Shown here: in pieces, positions 27,900 to 37,938 of the stretch
Layout: each line of letters begins with the position of its first letter
Position numbering within the stretch: the first letter of the stretch is position 1
NCBI GenBank assembly: GCA_024275015.1
Contig: JAJRZW010000001.1
Coordinates: forward strand, 706-64,705
Length of the DNA: 64,000 bases
From: Deltaproteobacteria bacterium
Lineage (GTDB): Bacteria; Desulfobacterota; Desulfobulbia; Desulfobulbales; JAJRZW01
Reading direction: 5' to 3'
Translations under genes and position numbers: made by a program
The notes under the pieces: model-generated
Database searches by the model: none
Told to the model about the DNA's origin: nothing
What the model saw: only the letters and a program-made list of their open reading frames with translations

Positions 27900-28033
27900 G
27901 ATGGCCAAGCAATAATTCCGATATACCAAGGATCGGTCTCTTTTGGAGAGCGAGGTCATATCCTCGCCATGGCGGGACCGAGCGGGCAAAAGGAGGTCAC
28001 TAAGTCGTAGATCGGAATTATTGTTTGGCCATC
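27900..28033. mobile_element. family-D palindromic MITE-like element copy D3
   Basis: 23-bp TIRs GATGGCCAAGCAATAATTCCGAT and ATCGGAATTATTGTTTGGCCATC, with central CCTCGCCATGGCGGGAC. Confidence 0.7.
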
Positions 28034-28043
28034 TTAATTTCTC

Positions 28044-28940
28044 ATGGAAAATAACCCGGCAGAACAAAAAAACGAAGAGGAAGAGATCGTCGCCCGCTGT
28101 CTCGACAGTCGGGAGCTGTCTGATTTCTGTCTGGTGTTGGCGGCGCGGCGGATTTCGTGTCGTTTTCTTTTCCGCAACGGTTTTTATCACCTCATGGCTC
28201 CGGTTGTCGAGGCGGACCGGGCCCGGGAGGAGATCCGTGCCTTTCGTCATGAAAACCAGGGCTGGCCGCCGCGTCTCCGTGCCGATGATTTTGCCGTCGA
28301 GGCGGGAATGTGGTTCTGGCCCCTGGTTCTTGTGGCCCTTTTTTACGGGGTAAGCGGGCCCTGGGACGGCAACGGCCATTTGTTTGTCCGCGGGGCGCTG
28401 AATAAAGCCTTTCTCAACGGCGACTGGTGGCGGCCGGTCACGGCTCTTTTTCTCCATTCCGGTCCGGTGCATCTTTTGTCAAACCTGGTTTTCGGGTGGA
28501 TCTTTTTCCTGCTTCTGTCGCGGAGCGTCGGCGGCGGGGCGGCCTGGTTTTTCGCCACCATAGCGGCGGTGGCCGCTGGAGTGGTCAATATTGTCATCAG
28601 GCCTGACGCCCGGCAGATTATCGGGTTTTCCACCGCGGTTTTTGCCGCCATCGGCATGCTCTGCGGTCTGGCCTTGCGTAAGCCTGCCGCCGGGCGGCGT
28701 CTTCTTATCGTCTTCGGCAGCGGGCTGGGATTTTATGCCATGCTCGGGGTCGGCAACGGTGCCGGGCGGGTGGATATTCGTTCCCATCTCTATGGTCTTG
28801 GGACTGGTATACTTGTCGGAGTGTTATTGGCTTTTTATAAGGGGCTGCCCGGTTTTGTCGGTCGCCGCCGGGTACAGGAGGGCGCCTGGCTGTTTTTCGG
28901 CTCGGCGGTGGCGATTGCCTGGCTTGCGGCCCTTGCCTGA
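28044..28940 (+). CDS. rhomboid-family intramembrane serine protease
   Basis: 298 aa with WWRPVTALFLHSGPVHLLSNLVFG, the catalytic GFSTAVFAAIG motif, and a downstream His in a TM segment. Confidence 0.8.
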   Translation: MENNPAEQKNEEEEIVARCLDSRELSDFCLVLAARRISCRFLFRNGFYHLMAPVVEADRAREEIRAFRHENQGWPPRLRADDFAVEAGMWFWPLVLVALFYGVSGPWDGNGHLFVRGALNKAFLNGDWWRPVTALFLHSGPVHLLSNLVFGWIFFLLLSRSVGGGAAWFFATIAAVAAGVVNIVIRPDARQIIGFSTAVFAAIGMLCGLALRKPAAGRRLLIVFGSGLGFYAMLGVGNGAGRVDIRSHLYGLGTGILVGVLLAFYKGLPGFVGRRRVQEGAWLFFGSAVAIAWLAALA

Positions 28941-29050
28941 ATTCCGCCGGCCTGAAAAGGCCAGGGGATTCGAGTGACACCTCACGGGTTCAGCGGAGAA
29001 AACAGAAGGCATAAAGTCTGGAACTGGTATAGTATGAATCACTAACCGGA

Positions 29051-29097
29051 TCAGGCCGTTGAAAAAGTCATGGACGGCTTTTTCAACAGTCTGTTAA
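29051..29097 (-). repeat. family-A fragment A4 (terminal hairpin only)
   Basis: GTTGAAAAAGTCATGGACGGCTTTTTCAACAGTCTGTTAA. Confidence 0.65.
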
Positions 29098-29140
29098 GGT
29101 GCCTTTGTATCGATTGAATTTGAAAAATGAGGCAGAGAAT

Positions 29141-30247
29141 ATGAGCTGGGACGAGCAACAGCCGCCATGGGGCGGTAAGCAGAACCCCGGGCCTGAAGAT
29201 TTTATCGCGGCCCTGATCCGTAAGATTAAGGAAACTTTTGATCCTGATGCCGCCGGCGGTCAGAGAGGCGGTAACGGCAATGGCGGGAAAAAGACTGCGT
29301 CCGGGGCCGGGGGCGGTAAGCTTATGCTGGTGATTGCGGCCCTGGTAGCATTTGCGTTCATTAACGCCTCGTTTTTTACCATTGAGCCCGGACAGCAGGG
29401 GGTGGTGCTGCGTTTCGGCAAATTCAGCCGTATTGCCAGTCCCGGCCTGAATTTCAAGATTCCGATGGTCGACCAAATGATCAAGGTCGATGTCAAGACG
29501 GTGCGTAAGGAGGAATTCGGATTTCGGACCCGTAAGGCGGCGCGGCGCAGCCAGTTCGCCAAAAGGGGTTATGAGGCCGAGAGCCTGATGCTCACCGGCG
29601 ATAAGAATGTCATTGATGTCGAGTGGATTGTTCAGTATCGAATCAAGGATCCGGTTGACTATCTTTTCCGGGTCGGTGATGTGCCCGAGGCGGTGCGGGA
29701 CCTGTCGGAAAAGGTCATGCGTCGGATCATTGGCAACATGGATTTTGATTACGTCCTCGGTAATCGTGATGTTCTTGCCTCTGCCATGAGCCGGGAACTG
29801 CAGAGGGATCTTGATTCCTATCGCAGCGGTGTTGACGTGGTCAAGGTTCAGCTTCAGGACGTCAACCCCCCGGACGCGGTCAAGCCCGCCTTTAACGAGG
29901 TTAACGAGGCTGATCAGGATATGAAACGTTTGGTCAACGAGGCCGAGGAGACCTACAACCGCCAGATTCCCAAGGCCAGGGGTACTGCCAAGCAGAGAAT
30001 TCAGGAGGCCCAGGGTTACGCGGTGGAGCGGATCAATAAGGCCAGGGGTGACACGGTCAGGTTCCTGGATATTTACAAGGAATACCGTCTGGCCAAGGAT
30101 GTGACCCGTAAGCGTATGTATCTGGAGACCATGCAGAAGGTCATGCCGCGGATCAAGGAAATATATATCATGGATAAAGATCAGCGTTCCATTCTGCCGT
30201 TGTTGAATCTTAACCAGCCCCGCGCCAATAGCGCTGCCGCCAGATAA
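29141..30247 (+). CDS. hflK: FtsH protease modulator HflK
   Basis: 368 aa from MSWDEQQPPWGG, with a Gly-rich N-terminus, one TM segment and an SPFH/band-7 domain. Confidence 0.9.
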   Translation: MSWDEQQPPWGGKQNPGPEDFIAALIRKIKETFDPDAAGGQRGGNGNGGKKTASGAGGGKLMLVIAALVAFAFINASFFTIEPGQQGVVLRFGKFSRIASPGLNFKIPMVDQMIKVDVKTVRKEEFGFRTRKAARRSQFAKRGYEAESLMLTGDKNVIDVEWIVQYRIKDPVDYLFRVGDVPEAVRDLSEKVMRRIIGNMDFDYVLGNRDVLASAMSRELQRDLDSYRSGVDVVKVQLQDVNPPDAVKPAFNEVNEADQDMKRLVNEAEETYNRQIPKARGTAKQRIQEAQGYAVERINKARGDTVRFLDIYKEYRLAKDVTRKRMYLETMQKVMPRIKEIYIMDKDQRSILPLLNLNQPRANSAAAR

Positions 30248-30258
30248 GGAGGAAAGAT

Positions 30259-31200
30259 ATGCAGAGGATTATCAGGACCCTGGCGATAGTGGTGGCGGTG
30301 GCTCTGGGAATCGTGGCCTGGAACGGTTTTTACGTCATCCCCGAGGGTTATCAGGCGGTCATTACCCAATTCGGCCGTCCGGTGGGTCGTCCGGTGGCCG
30401 ATGCCGGGCTTAAGCTCAAGGTCCCTTTTATTCAGGACGTGACCTATTTTGACAAGAAGATCCAGGTATGGGACGGTGACCCGAACCAGATCCCCACCAG
30501 GGACAAGACCTATATCTTTCTTGATGTCACCGCCCGCTGGCGTATTGCCGACGCTCTTAAATTCATGCAGGCGGTGGGTAATACCACCCGGGCCCAGTCG
30601 GCCCTGGATGACATCATCGACGGTACCGTCCGCGATATGGTTAATAAAAACGACCTGGTGGAGATTATCCGCAGTTCCGACTGGTCGCCGGAGACCATGA
30701 GTAAAAGCAACCGTACCGGAACCAACGAGAAGGTCAAGATGGGCCGTGACCGGATTACCGCCCTTATTCATGAGACCGCTTCCAGGATCACGCCCCAATA
30801 CGGCATTGAGCTGGTTGACGTGATGTTCAAACGGGTCAATTACATTGAAAAGGTGCGGCTCAAGGTCTATGAACGAATGATCTCGGAGCGCAAGCGGATC
30901 GCGGCTGAGAAACGTTCTCTCGGCGAGGGCCGCAAGGCCGAGATTCTCGGCCGGGTGAATAAGGAATTAAAGGAGATTATGTCCACCGCCAACCGCAAGG
31001 CCAAGGAAATTCGCGGTCGGGCCGATGCCAGTGCCTCTAGAATTTATGCCGATGCCTACAGCCGCGATGTTGAGTTCTACGACTTTATGAAGAGCCTTGA
31101 AGCCTACGACAGCGCGATCAAGGGTAATGCCAGCCTGGTGATCAACTCTGACAAGGGGTTTTATCGCTACCTCAAGGATTATCGCCCCGGCAAGAGGTAA
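30259..31200 (+). CDS. hflC: FtsH protease modulator HflC
   Basis: 313 aa with an N-terminal TM segment and SPFH domain, directly after hflK. Confidence 0.9.
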   Translation: MQRIIRTLAIVVAVALGIVAWNGFYVIPEGYQAVITQFGRPVGRPVADAGLKLKVPFIQDVTYFDKKIQVWDGDPNQIPTRDKTYIFLDVTARWRIADALKFMQAVGNTTRAQSALDDIIDGTVRDMVNKNDLVEIIRSSDWSPETMSKSNRTGTNEKVKMGRDRITALIHETASRITPQYGIELVDVMFKRVNYIEKVRLKVYERMISERKRIAAEKRSLGEGRKAEILGRVNKELKEIMSTANRKAKEIRGRADASASRIYADAYSRDVEFYDFMKSLEAYDSAIKGNASLVINSDKGFYRYLKDYRPGKR

Positions 31201-31245
31201 TATTGACAGCACTCAACAAACTCCATCCCGTGCTACATGGAGCGC

Positions 31246-31995
31246 TTAAGTATTCATGTCGTTCATATAGCTTGGGCGGTGAGAGGCCGCGTCGTAGGGG
31301 ACGCGGCCTTTTTTTTCAAGCAGGGCCAAAAGTTCGTCCAGGTGTTTTTCCCGGTTCAGGCGGTCACGGCCGATTATATCAAAACGGCAATTGCAGCCGG
31401 TGAGCTGGCCCGCGCACCAGGGGCAGATCTCCACCGGGCATCCGGGCGCGTGGAACTCGTTGTCACCGGTACCGCAGACAGGGCAGAGCCTGATGTCGGT
31501 GGCCACGGGGCAATATAGCTCCAGGTGGTCGATGGTTGGGTATTTTTTTTTGAAGGCATCGTCGTCGGCAAAGGCGAAAAAGGTCAATACCTCCCTGACC
31601 GGGATTCCCTGGCTCAGGGGGCCCAGAAACTCGACTTTTTCCATGCTGACCAGATAGAGATAATTGTCTGTAAAGGTGATGGCGCAGAGGAGGAAAACAC
31701 CGTTTTTTCTCGTCAGTTCCCGGATCTCCCTGATTCCGTCTTCCCTTGCCTCGGGGAGAAAGCTGTAGAAATTGTGGAGGACGTTCATCGCTATCCGATC
31801 AGCGGCGAATTCGTGGATTAGTTCTTTCACCTCGTCACGGTGGGATTCAGGGCTGTTGTATTCGGCCAGCATCTTGGTCTCTTCGGTTATCTCTTTGATC
31901 GGGCGCATATTATCATTTCCTGTGGACTTATGGGTATCCTGAAAGATGGTCTTTTCGTCTGATGCTGCGTCATGAGCAAGACGAAGAATGCTCAT
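31246..31995 (-). CDS. hypothetical protein with C-terminal eight-cysteine cluster
   Basis: 249 aa ORF (alternative ATG at 31908). Cys cluster: CPVATDIRLCPVCGTGDNEFHAPGCPVEICPWCAGQLTGCNC. No family recognised. Confidence 0.5.
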   Translation of the reverse strand: MSILRLAHDAASDEKTIFQDTHKSTGNDNMRPIKEITEETKMLAEYNSPESHRDEVKELIHEFAADRIAMNVLHNFYSFLPEAREDGIREIRELTRKNGVFLLCAITFTDNYLYLVSMEKVEFLGPLSQGIPVREVLTFFAFADDDAFKKKYPTIDHLELYCPVATDIRLCPVCGTGDNEFHAPGCPVEICPWCAGQLTGCNCRFDIIGRDRLNREKHLDELLALLEKKGRVPYDAASHRPSYMNDMNT

Positions 31996-32032
31996 CCCGC
32001 CGGCGGGAGATGGCCTCGCTTGTAAAAGCGAT

Positions 32033-32087
32033 GCCGCTCTTTCCGGAAATCACCGAAGCCGCCTCCGCGGGGATTTGTTACTGGTCC
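32033..32087 (+). repeat. family-B repeat copy B5
   Basis: GCCGCTCTTTCCGGAAATCACCGAAGCCGCCTCCGCGGGGATTTGTTACTGG. Confidence 0.7.
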
Positions 32088-32095
32088 ATCAATTA

Positions 32096-32204
32096 TTGTT
32101 GGCCTCGCAATAAATTGCGGGCCAACGGCAATTGCACTTCTGACTTATTGAAATTACGTGGACCCGCTTCCGTTTGAGATATTTGTTACGACTTCATCTT
32201 GTTG
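32096..32204 (+). repeat. family-E repeat copy E2
   Basis: Aligns with 17845-17950 but lacks the second hairpin arm. Confidence 0.7.
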
Positions 32205-32227
32205 TTTCGCCATCCCGGAGATTATTA

Positions 32228-32268
32228 CGGATTCATCATTCCCGGGTCTCGGACGAAAATCTTCATTT
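32228..32268 (+). repeat. family-C fragment C3
   Basis: CATTCCCGGGTCTCGGACGAAAATCTTCATTTTTCAATAT matches the 3' part of C1 and C2. Confidence 0.55.
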
Positions 32269-32925
32269 TTCAATATATCCTGATATTTTTTTTATCCATT
32301 TCCGGATTTCGGCGGTCATGTCCGCGGCCTGAGTGATGGCGGTAACCACCGCGATCCTCCGGGCCCCGGCGGCCAGAAGTTCATCAAGATGAGCAAACTT
32401 TATTCCCCCCATTACCGTAAACGGTAGGTCTGATCTTTCTGACCACCCGGCGATTGCCCCGCTGCCTGAAAAATGATGCAGGCCTTTCTTGGTTGAGGTC
32501 GGGAACAGGGGGCCGATATTATAATAGGACGCCCCCCGGGTCGCGGCGCTTTGGACCTGCTCCGCCCGGTTGGCCGAGACCCCGATGATCATTTCCGGCA
32601 AAAGCCCGCGGGCGGCTTCGGCGGGGATATCGCTGTTTCCCAGGTGGACGCCGTCGGCGTCGGCGAGGATGGCGATATCGATGCGGTTGTTGACCATGAA
32701 CAGGGCTCCGGCGGCGCGGGTTTTATCGCGGAACATCATGGCCTTCTGGTAGAGCGTGCGGTCGTCGGAGACCTTGTCGCGCAGCTGGACTATTTTTGCG
32801 CCGCCGGCAAGGACCGCGTCAAGCCATTCCCGGTCACTTCTTCCGGCACATAATGGCTCACAGGATACCGGGTAAACCGTGACCTGGTCGGTGAAGATCT
32901 GCATCCGGCGGCTGAGGTTGTTCAT
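32263..32925 (-). CDS. thiE: thiamine-phosphate synthase
   Basis: 220 aa with IVQLRDK, DGVHLG and GGI motifs typical of ThiE. Confidence 0.9.
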   Translation of the reverse strand: MNNLSRRMQIFTDQVTVYPVSCEPLCAGRSDREWLDAVLAGGAKIVQLRDKVSDDRTLYQKAMMFRDKTRAAGALFMVNNRIDIAILADADGVHLGNSDIPAEAARGLLPEMIIGVSANRAEQVQSAATRGASYYNIGPLFPTSTKKGLHHFSGSGAIAGWSERSDLPFTVMGGIKFAHLDELLAAGARRIAVVTAITQAADMTAEIRKWIKKISGYIEK

Positions 32926-33111
32926 CTGTCTGATCCTGGCGTGTTTACGGACAACTTGAAAAAAACAAAGAAAAATGTCAGTATACCCGATTGTCTTGAA
33001 ACTTTTCCTGACGCAGGAGGTGTATTTTTAAGACTTCATCCCCATTTATCAGGTAGATGTCCGGGACGCAAGCCCTGGGTTCTAAAAATAAAGAGAATAT
33101 GGAGTTTTACG

Positions 33112-34416
33112 ATGATTGACAGATTCACGACCGACAGAAAGGCCACGCTTACCGTGGACGGCCGGACATTCGAGTTGCCGATCGTCGAGGGTAGCGAGGG
33201 AGAAAAAGCTATTGATATCAGGATGTTGAGGGGGAAGAGCGGTTATATTACCCTTGACACCGGTTTCATGAACACCGGATCCTGCAGCAGTGATATAACC
33301 TTTCTTGACGGTGAAAACGGGGTGTTGTTGTACCGCGGCTACGCCATCGAAGACCTGGCTGGCAATTGTTCTTTTATCGAAGTCGCCTATCTCCTTATTA
33401 ACGGTCATCTTCCGACCCGGGATCAATTGCGGGATTTCAGCGAACTGCTGGGCCTTTTCGCCCTTATCCATGAGGACATGGTCCATTTCTTTGACCGTTT
33501 CCCGCCCGGGGCCTCGCCGATGTCCATTCTTTCGTCCATGGTAAGCTGCCTGTGTAATTTCTATCCGGAAATGAATGAAAACCCCATGGACAATATTGAT
33601 ATGATGGCGGCGCGGTTGATTTCCAAGGTCCGGACCATTGCCGCTTTTTCCTACAAAAAGTCCCTGGGGGCACCGCTGGTCTATCCCCGGCACGATCTTT
33701 CCTATTGTGCCAATTTTCTCAATATGATGTTCGACTCTCCGGTGAGGTCCTACGAGGTCAACTCAACCATGGTCAGGGCCCTGAACCAGCTCCTCATTCT
33801 TCACGGAGACCATGAGCAGAACTGTTCCACTGCCACGGTGCGGATGGTCGGCAGCGCCCGGGTAAATCTTTACGCCTCAATATCCGCCGGGATCAACGCC
33901 CTGTGGGGACCGTTGCACGGCGGAGCCAACCAAGCGGTCATGGAAATGCTGGAAGATATCCATGCCAGTGGCGGCGATTATAAAAAATATATCGCCAGGG
34001 CCAAGAATCCCGATGATCCATTCCGGCTTGTCGGCTTTGGGCACCGGGTTTACAAGACCTTTGACCCCCGTTCCCGGATCATAAAGAAGGCCTGCGATGA
34101 TGTCCTCGCTTCCCTTGGAATCAACAATGACCCCCTGCTTGAGTTGGCCAAGGAGATCGAGGAGGTGGTGTTGAAGGATGAATATTTCATTGAGCGCAAC
34201 CTCTATCCCAATGTTGATTTTTACAGCGGCATAATTTACCGGGCCATGGGGATTCCGGTGGATATGTTCACGGTGATGTTCGCCCTTGGACGTCTGCCGG
34301 GGTGGATTGCCCACTGGAAAGAAATGTGGGACGACCCCAATGGCAGGATCAGTCGGCCGCGGCAGGTCTATGTGGGGCCGTCGCAGCGGGATTTTGTCGA
34401 CATTGGGCAGCGGTAA
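33112..34416 (+). CDS. gltA: citrate synthase
   Basis: 434 aa from MIDRFTTDRKATLTVDG (GGAG RBS), with HGDHEQNCST and GFGHRVYK catalytic motifs. The ORF-track N-terminal 57 aa were rejected. Confidence 0.93.
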   Translation: MIDRFTTDRKATLTVDGRTFELPIVEGSEGEKAIDIRMLRGKSGYITLDTGFMNTGSCSSDITFLDGENGVLLYRGYAIEDLAGNCSFIEVAYLLINGHLPTRDQLRDFSELLGLFALIHEDMVHFFDRFPPGASPMSILSSMVSCLCNFYPEMNENPMDNIDMMAARLISKVRTIAAFSYKKSLGAPLVYPRHDLSYCANFLNMMFDSPVRSYEVNSTMVRALNQLLILHGDHEQNCSTATVRMVGSARVNLYASISAGINALWGPLHGGANQAVMEMLEDIHASGGDYKKYIARAKNPDDPFRLVGFGHRVYKTFDPRSRIIKKACDDVLASLGINNDPLLELAKEIEEVVLKDEYFIERNLYPNVDFYSGIIYRAMGIPVDMFTVMFALGRLPGWIAHWKEMWDDPNGRISRPRQVYVGPSQRDFVDIGQR

Positions 34417-34437
34417 TTTTTTTAAAACAGGCTTTTT

Positions 34438-34467
34438 AAATGCGGCCTTTCTGACCCGCATTTTTTT
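34438..34467 (+). terminator. rho-independent terminator after gltA
   Basis: AAATGCGG...CCGCATTT stem followed by a T-run. Confidence 0.6.
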
Positions 34468-34777
34468 GCCGAGTTTCAGGCTGTTTTTTGTTCGCCAGAT
34501 ACGGATTCGGGAAAAATTAACAGAGAGGGGAATGAAGGATAGCCCCCTGTGTCAGGAGAGTTACGGCCAAATAACGGTGTTGTTTCTCAAAAACACAAGA
34601 TGTTGCATAAGAAAGATCATACAAACACAACAAACTGCCAAGTTGGCTGAGATTTTACAAATATTCTACTTGGTTGCTAAATAGGCCGCCAAATCGGGAG
34701 TTGCTGCCTATTTAGCGGATCAATCCCTGATTCCCCCCGGTCCGGATTCAGGGTATTGATAGAATTTTTTTACTGTA

Positions 34778-35059
34778 TTACGATTCAAGTTTCCTTTGCG
34801 GCGATTTTTCCGGGGCGACGCCTTTTTTTTCAAGTTTTTTCAGGTAAATGTCGGGCTGGGCACTGATGGCGTCGTCGCAGCCGCGGCAGCAGACGTAGAC
34901 CCGTTTCCCTTTCACGTCCACATAGATATTGCGGTCGATTTCACCGCCCATGACCGGGCAGCGGATCTGGGGACGCATGCCTTCCTTTAAGTCATTTTTC
35001 GTTCGGGTGCAGGCCCCGCACAGGAAAAGTAGCGGTAGCAGGGTGAGAAAAAAAATCAT
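34778..35059 (-). CDS. YHS/TRASH-like domain lipoprotein
   Basis: 93 aa from MIFFLTLLPLLFLCGAC (lipobox). CPVMGGEID...KRVYVCCRGCDDAISAQPDIY resembles a YHS metal-binding domain. Confidence 0.55.
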   Translation of the reverse strand: MIFFLTLLPLLFLCGACTRTKNDLKEGMRPQIRCPVMGGEIDRNIYVDVKGKRVYVCCRGCDDAISAQPDIYLKKLEKKGVAPEKSPQRKLES

Positions 35060-35264
35060 CTTAACCTTTTTTTTCCCTCCCTGTTTGCGCAGGGAGGGGA
35101 TGGCCGGAATAGAGGACGTGACTCGGTCGCATCCCTGCTCCAGGACTGTTGTCCTAACCCTCACTTTTTCAGGTGGTTTTTTCATCGGCTTGTTCCATGG
35201 GGTAAGTAGTTTGTCAATCCGGTTAGGGAAAGATGCCGTGGGGGCTCTATAGCCCGGGGTACTC

Positions 35265-35477
35265 TTATCAGACCGTTGAAAAAGCCGTCCATGGCTTTTC
35301 AGCCATAGTTGCTGAATCCGTGACGGCTTAGTGGCAACCGAGTATATATTTATCTGAATTCATGCGTTTTTTACCGGAATTTCACTCCGGCGGAAATTTT
35401 ACCCCGCCGCCCTTCGGGCGTCCGGGAACGGCGCGTCCATGCGCCGCGTACAGTCCGTTTTTCAACGGACTGTTATA
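35265..35477 (+). mobile_element. family-A MITE, long variant A5
   Basis: Family-A termini with a divergent interior. Flanked by TTAT/TTAT. The right flank supplies the TAA stop of the response-regulator gene. Confidence 0.7.
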
Positions 35478-36138
35478 CATCGGTGATTCCGTGTTTTATC
35501 GCAAACTTGACCAGGGCGGGAATATTAGGGGTTCCGAGTTTCTTCATCAACCGACTGCGATAGGTCTCGACGGTTTTGGCCGAGATGAAGAGGATTCCGG
35601 CGATCTCGGTGCTTGATTTTCCCTATACCACCAGTTGAACGATCTCCCGTTCCCGGGGGCTTAATGACTTCAACGGCCCGTTTTTTTTCAGCCGCATTCC
35701 CTTGGAAAGCAACTCATCGGCCATGGTCCCGGATATCCTCCGGGCCAGGTATCTTTTTCCCCGGGCCACGGTTTTTATGGCCAGAACCACTTCCTGACCG
35801 GCTGATTCTTTGAGGAGATATCCCGTTGCCCCGGCGTTGAGGGCCTGGTGGATATATTCACTGGTGGCGTGCATGGACAGAATGATCACCCGGCATTCCG
35901 GGCAGGCGGTGACGATTTGCAGGGTCGCTTCGATACCGTTCATCTCCGGCATGGCGATATCAACCAGGGCCACATCGGGGCCATGCTCCCTGACCATCCT
36001 GACCGCCTCCCGGCCGTTGGCGGCCTCGCCGACAACCGTGATTCCGCCGGCGGCGAGAAGGCTTTTTAATCCTTCCCGGACAATTCGGTGGTCATCGGCG
36101 AGAAGGATCCTGATATTTTTCGTTTCATACCTCGACAC
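35473..36138 (-). pseudogene. NarL/FixJ-type response regulator interrupted by an in-frame TAG
   Basis: Receiver domain (RILLADDH, DIAMPEMNG), then [43 protein letters not shown]. The stop at 35623-35625 sits where LuxR HTH domains usually have E/Q. Confidence 0.75.
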
Positions 36139-37411
36139 TTATACTTGTTCCCTCCCCGGGGGCCGAGTTCAGTTCCATCCTGCCGCCGATGGCGGTTATC
36201 CTCTCCCGCATGGCAATTATGCCCAAGCCGGAAGCCTCGTCCCCGGAGGTTTCCCGGGTAAAGCCGATACCATCGTCGTTTATCGTCATCCTGGTGCAAT
36301 CCTGTCGGTGTTCGATTCTTACGGTGACGCTGTGGGCCTTGGCGTGTTTGACCACGTTGGTCAACGCCTCCTGGGCGATACGGAACAGGGGCGTTTCCAC
36401 ATTTTCCGTAAGCCTCAGGCCCGGCTCATCGTCGATGATATCTATTTTTAATCCGGTCCGCATGGCTATTTTGTCGCTATAACAGCGAATCGCCGCCGCA
36501 AGTCCGTGGTCGTCGAGGTTGCTTGGTCGCAGTTCCGACATGATGTCACGGATCTCCTCGGTGCTTTCCTCAATGAGACGGAAGGAGTCGGCGAAGAAGG
36601 TTTCCGCCTCTCCTGAGTCATCATGTGTGAACCGATTTTTGATGATGTTGAGGTTGAGGTTGAGGGCGCTCAGCTTCTGCCCGACCCGGTCGTGCAGTTC
36701 GATGGCGATTTTTCGTTTTGCCGACTCTTCAAGATTGGCAAGGCGGGCGGAAAATATCTTCAGTTTCCTCTCGGCCTTTTTCTCCAGGACAAGACTGCGG
36801 CCGGCCCTGAACGCGAGGAGAATGATCAGAACCCCCAGGATCATGGAGATCAGGTAGGTGGCCATGTTTGAGTGGGCGGCAAGGCTGCCAAGCTCCTTTT
36901 TGCTTTTTGTGATGTCGTAATATATCTCAAAAACCCCGATTACCCTGCCACTTCTTATGATCGGGACATAGGTCTCGACCAGGTCGAATTTGTGTAGATC
37001 GCCGTAACGGTTCAGCCCCTCTTTCCGGCTGAGCAGGGTATGGGTTTCGCCGGTCCGGATGATATCTGGGAAGAACGTCTTGCTGGTGTTGCCGCCGATC
37101 TCGGTATGATAGGTGGAATAGACGATTACTCAGTCGGGGGAGTAGACCTTGATTTTCCACAGGCCGATCAGCTTTTTGGTATTTTCGATTTCGCGGATGA
37201 AGTCCGCGGGGAGGTTGTCTTTTGACAGATTGCTGACCTCGATGAGATGAAATGATATCTGGTGGGCGATATTTTCAACCACTTTTTCCGTTTCCCGGAC
37301 GATAAATCCATTATACAGGGGGTTGATTACAAAGATGGAGTAAAGGGGGAGAGTAATGATCGCGACAAAGGCGATAACGACAAAAAGGCGGAGGATTTTC
37401 AGTCTGGGCAC
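36125..37411 (-). pseudogene. HisKA_3/HATPase sensor histidine kinase interrupted by an in-frame TGA
   Basis: Same frame across the stop: TM1, a sensor domain (KVYSPD-TGA-VIVYSTYHTEIGG...VETYVPIIRSGRVIGVFEIYYDIT), TM2, the ELHDRVGQ H-box, and an ATPase domain. Stop at 37130-37132. GTG start at 37411 after GGAG. Confidence 0.7.
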
Positions 37412-37446
37412 ACCCGGCTCCGTTTCGGAATTAAAGAGAAGTAACT

Positions 37447-37575
37447 TCTCAGATCGTTGAAGAAAGCGTCCATGGCTTTTAAACCCCGGTTGACCAAAAC
37501 TTTGTTTCGGCCAGCCTCTCAATTTCGCTGGCGCGTCCCTGCGCCGCACACAGTTCGTTTTCCAACGGACTGTCA
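37447..37575 (+). mobile_element. family-A MITE, shortened copy A6
   Basis: Family-A termini with an internal deletion. Overlaps the ORF-track N-terminal extension of the kinase. Confidence 0.65.
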
Positions 37576-37938
37576 TGATTGTCCACGAATATCTTCCTAT
37601 GGATATTAATGCAATGATTTAGTCCATTTCTTTAAGCCGCGAGTGTCTGGGAACGGGTCAGGTGTAAGTGGGGAACTATGTTGATTATCCTTCGGTATAT
37701 CAATGGGTTGTCCGTCATGCAACCGGCCTGTTTCCTGGAATCCTTCAGGGCGTCAGCATGAGCCCCGACAACTTTAGGCAGACAAACAACAACGTTATAA
37801 CAATTGGTTGGGTTGCTTCCCGCCGCTATCGTCATGGATCCAGGCATTTATCAAAGACTCCCTACAGATAAAACAAACAGACCTGGTTAATAATAAAAGC
37901 GCATACATCATGCATGGAAAATATTTTCCTTTGTTTTC

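Noticed and set aside
27595-28043. Integrated element next to tRNA-Leu (likewise 57526-57648)
   Set aside because: The flanks contain only short repeats. No integrase gene, direct repeat of the tRNA 3' end, or foreign gene block is present.
32926-33111. TPP riboswitch upstream of thiE
   Set aside because: The divergent thiE/gltA spacer lacks the CTGAGA...ACCTGATCTGGATAATGCCAGCG-type THI-box elements.
37130-37132. TGA in the sensor kinase as a possible selenocysteine codon
   Set aside because: The codon sits at a conserved Gly position in a sensor domain with no redox role. No hairpin resembling a SECIS follows it, and the partner gene carries a TAG. Nonsense mutation or sequencing error is more parsimonious.
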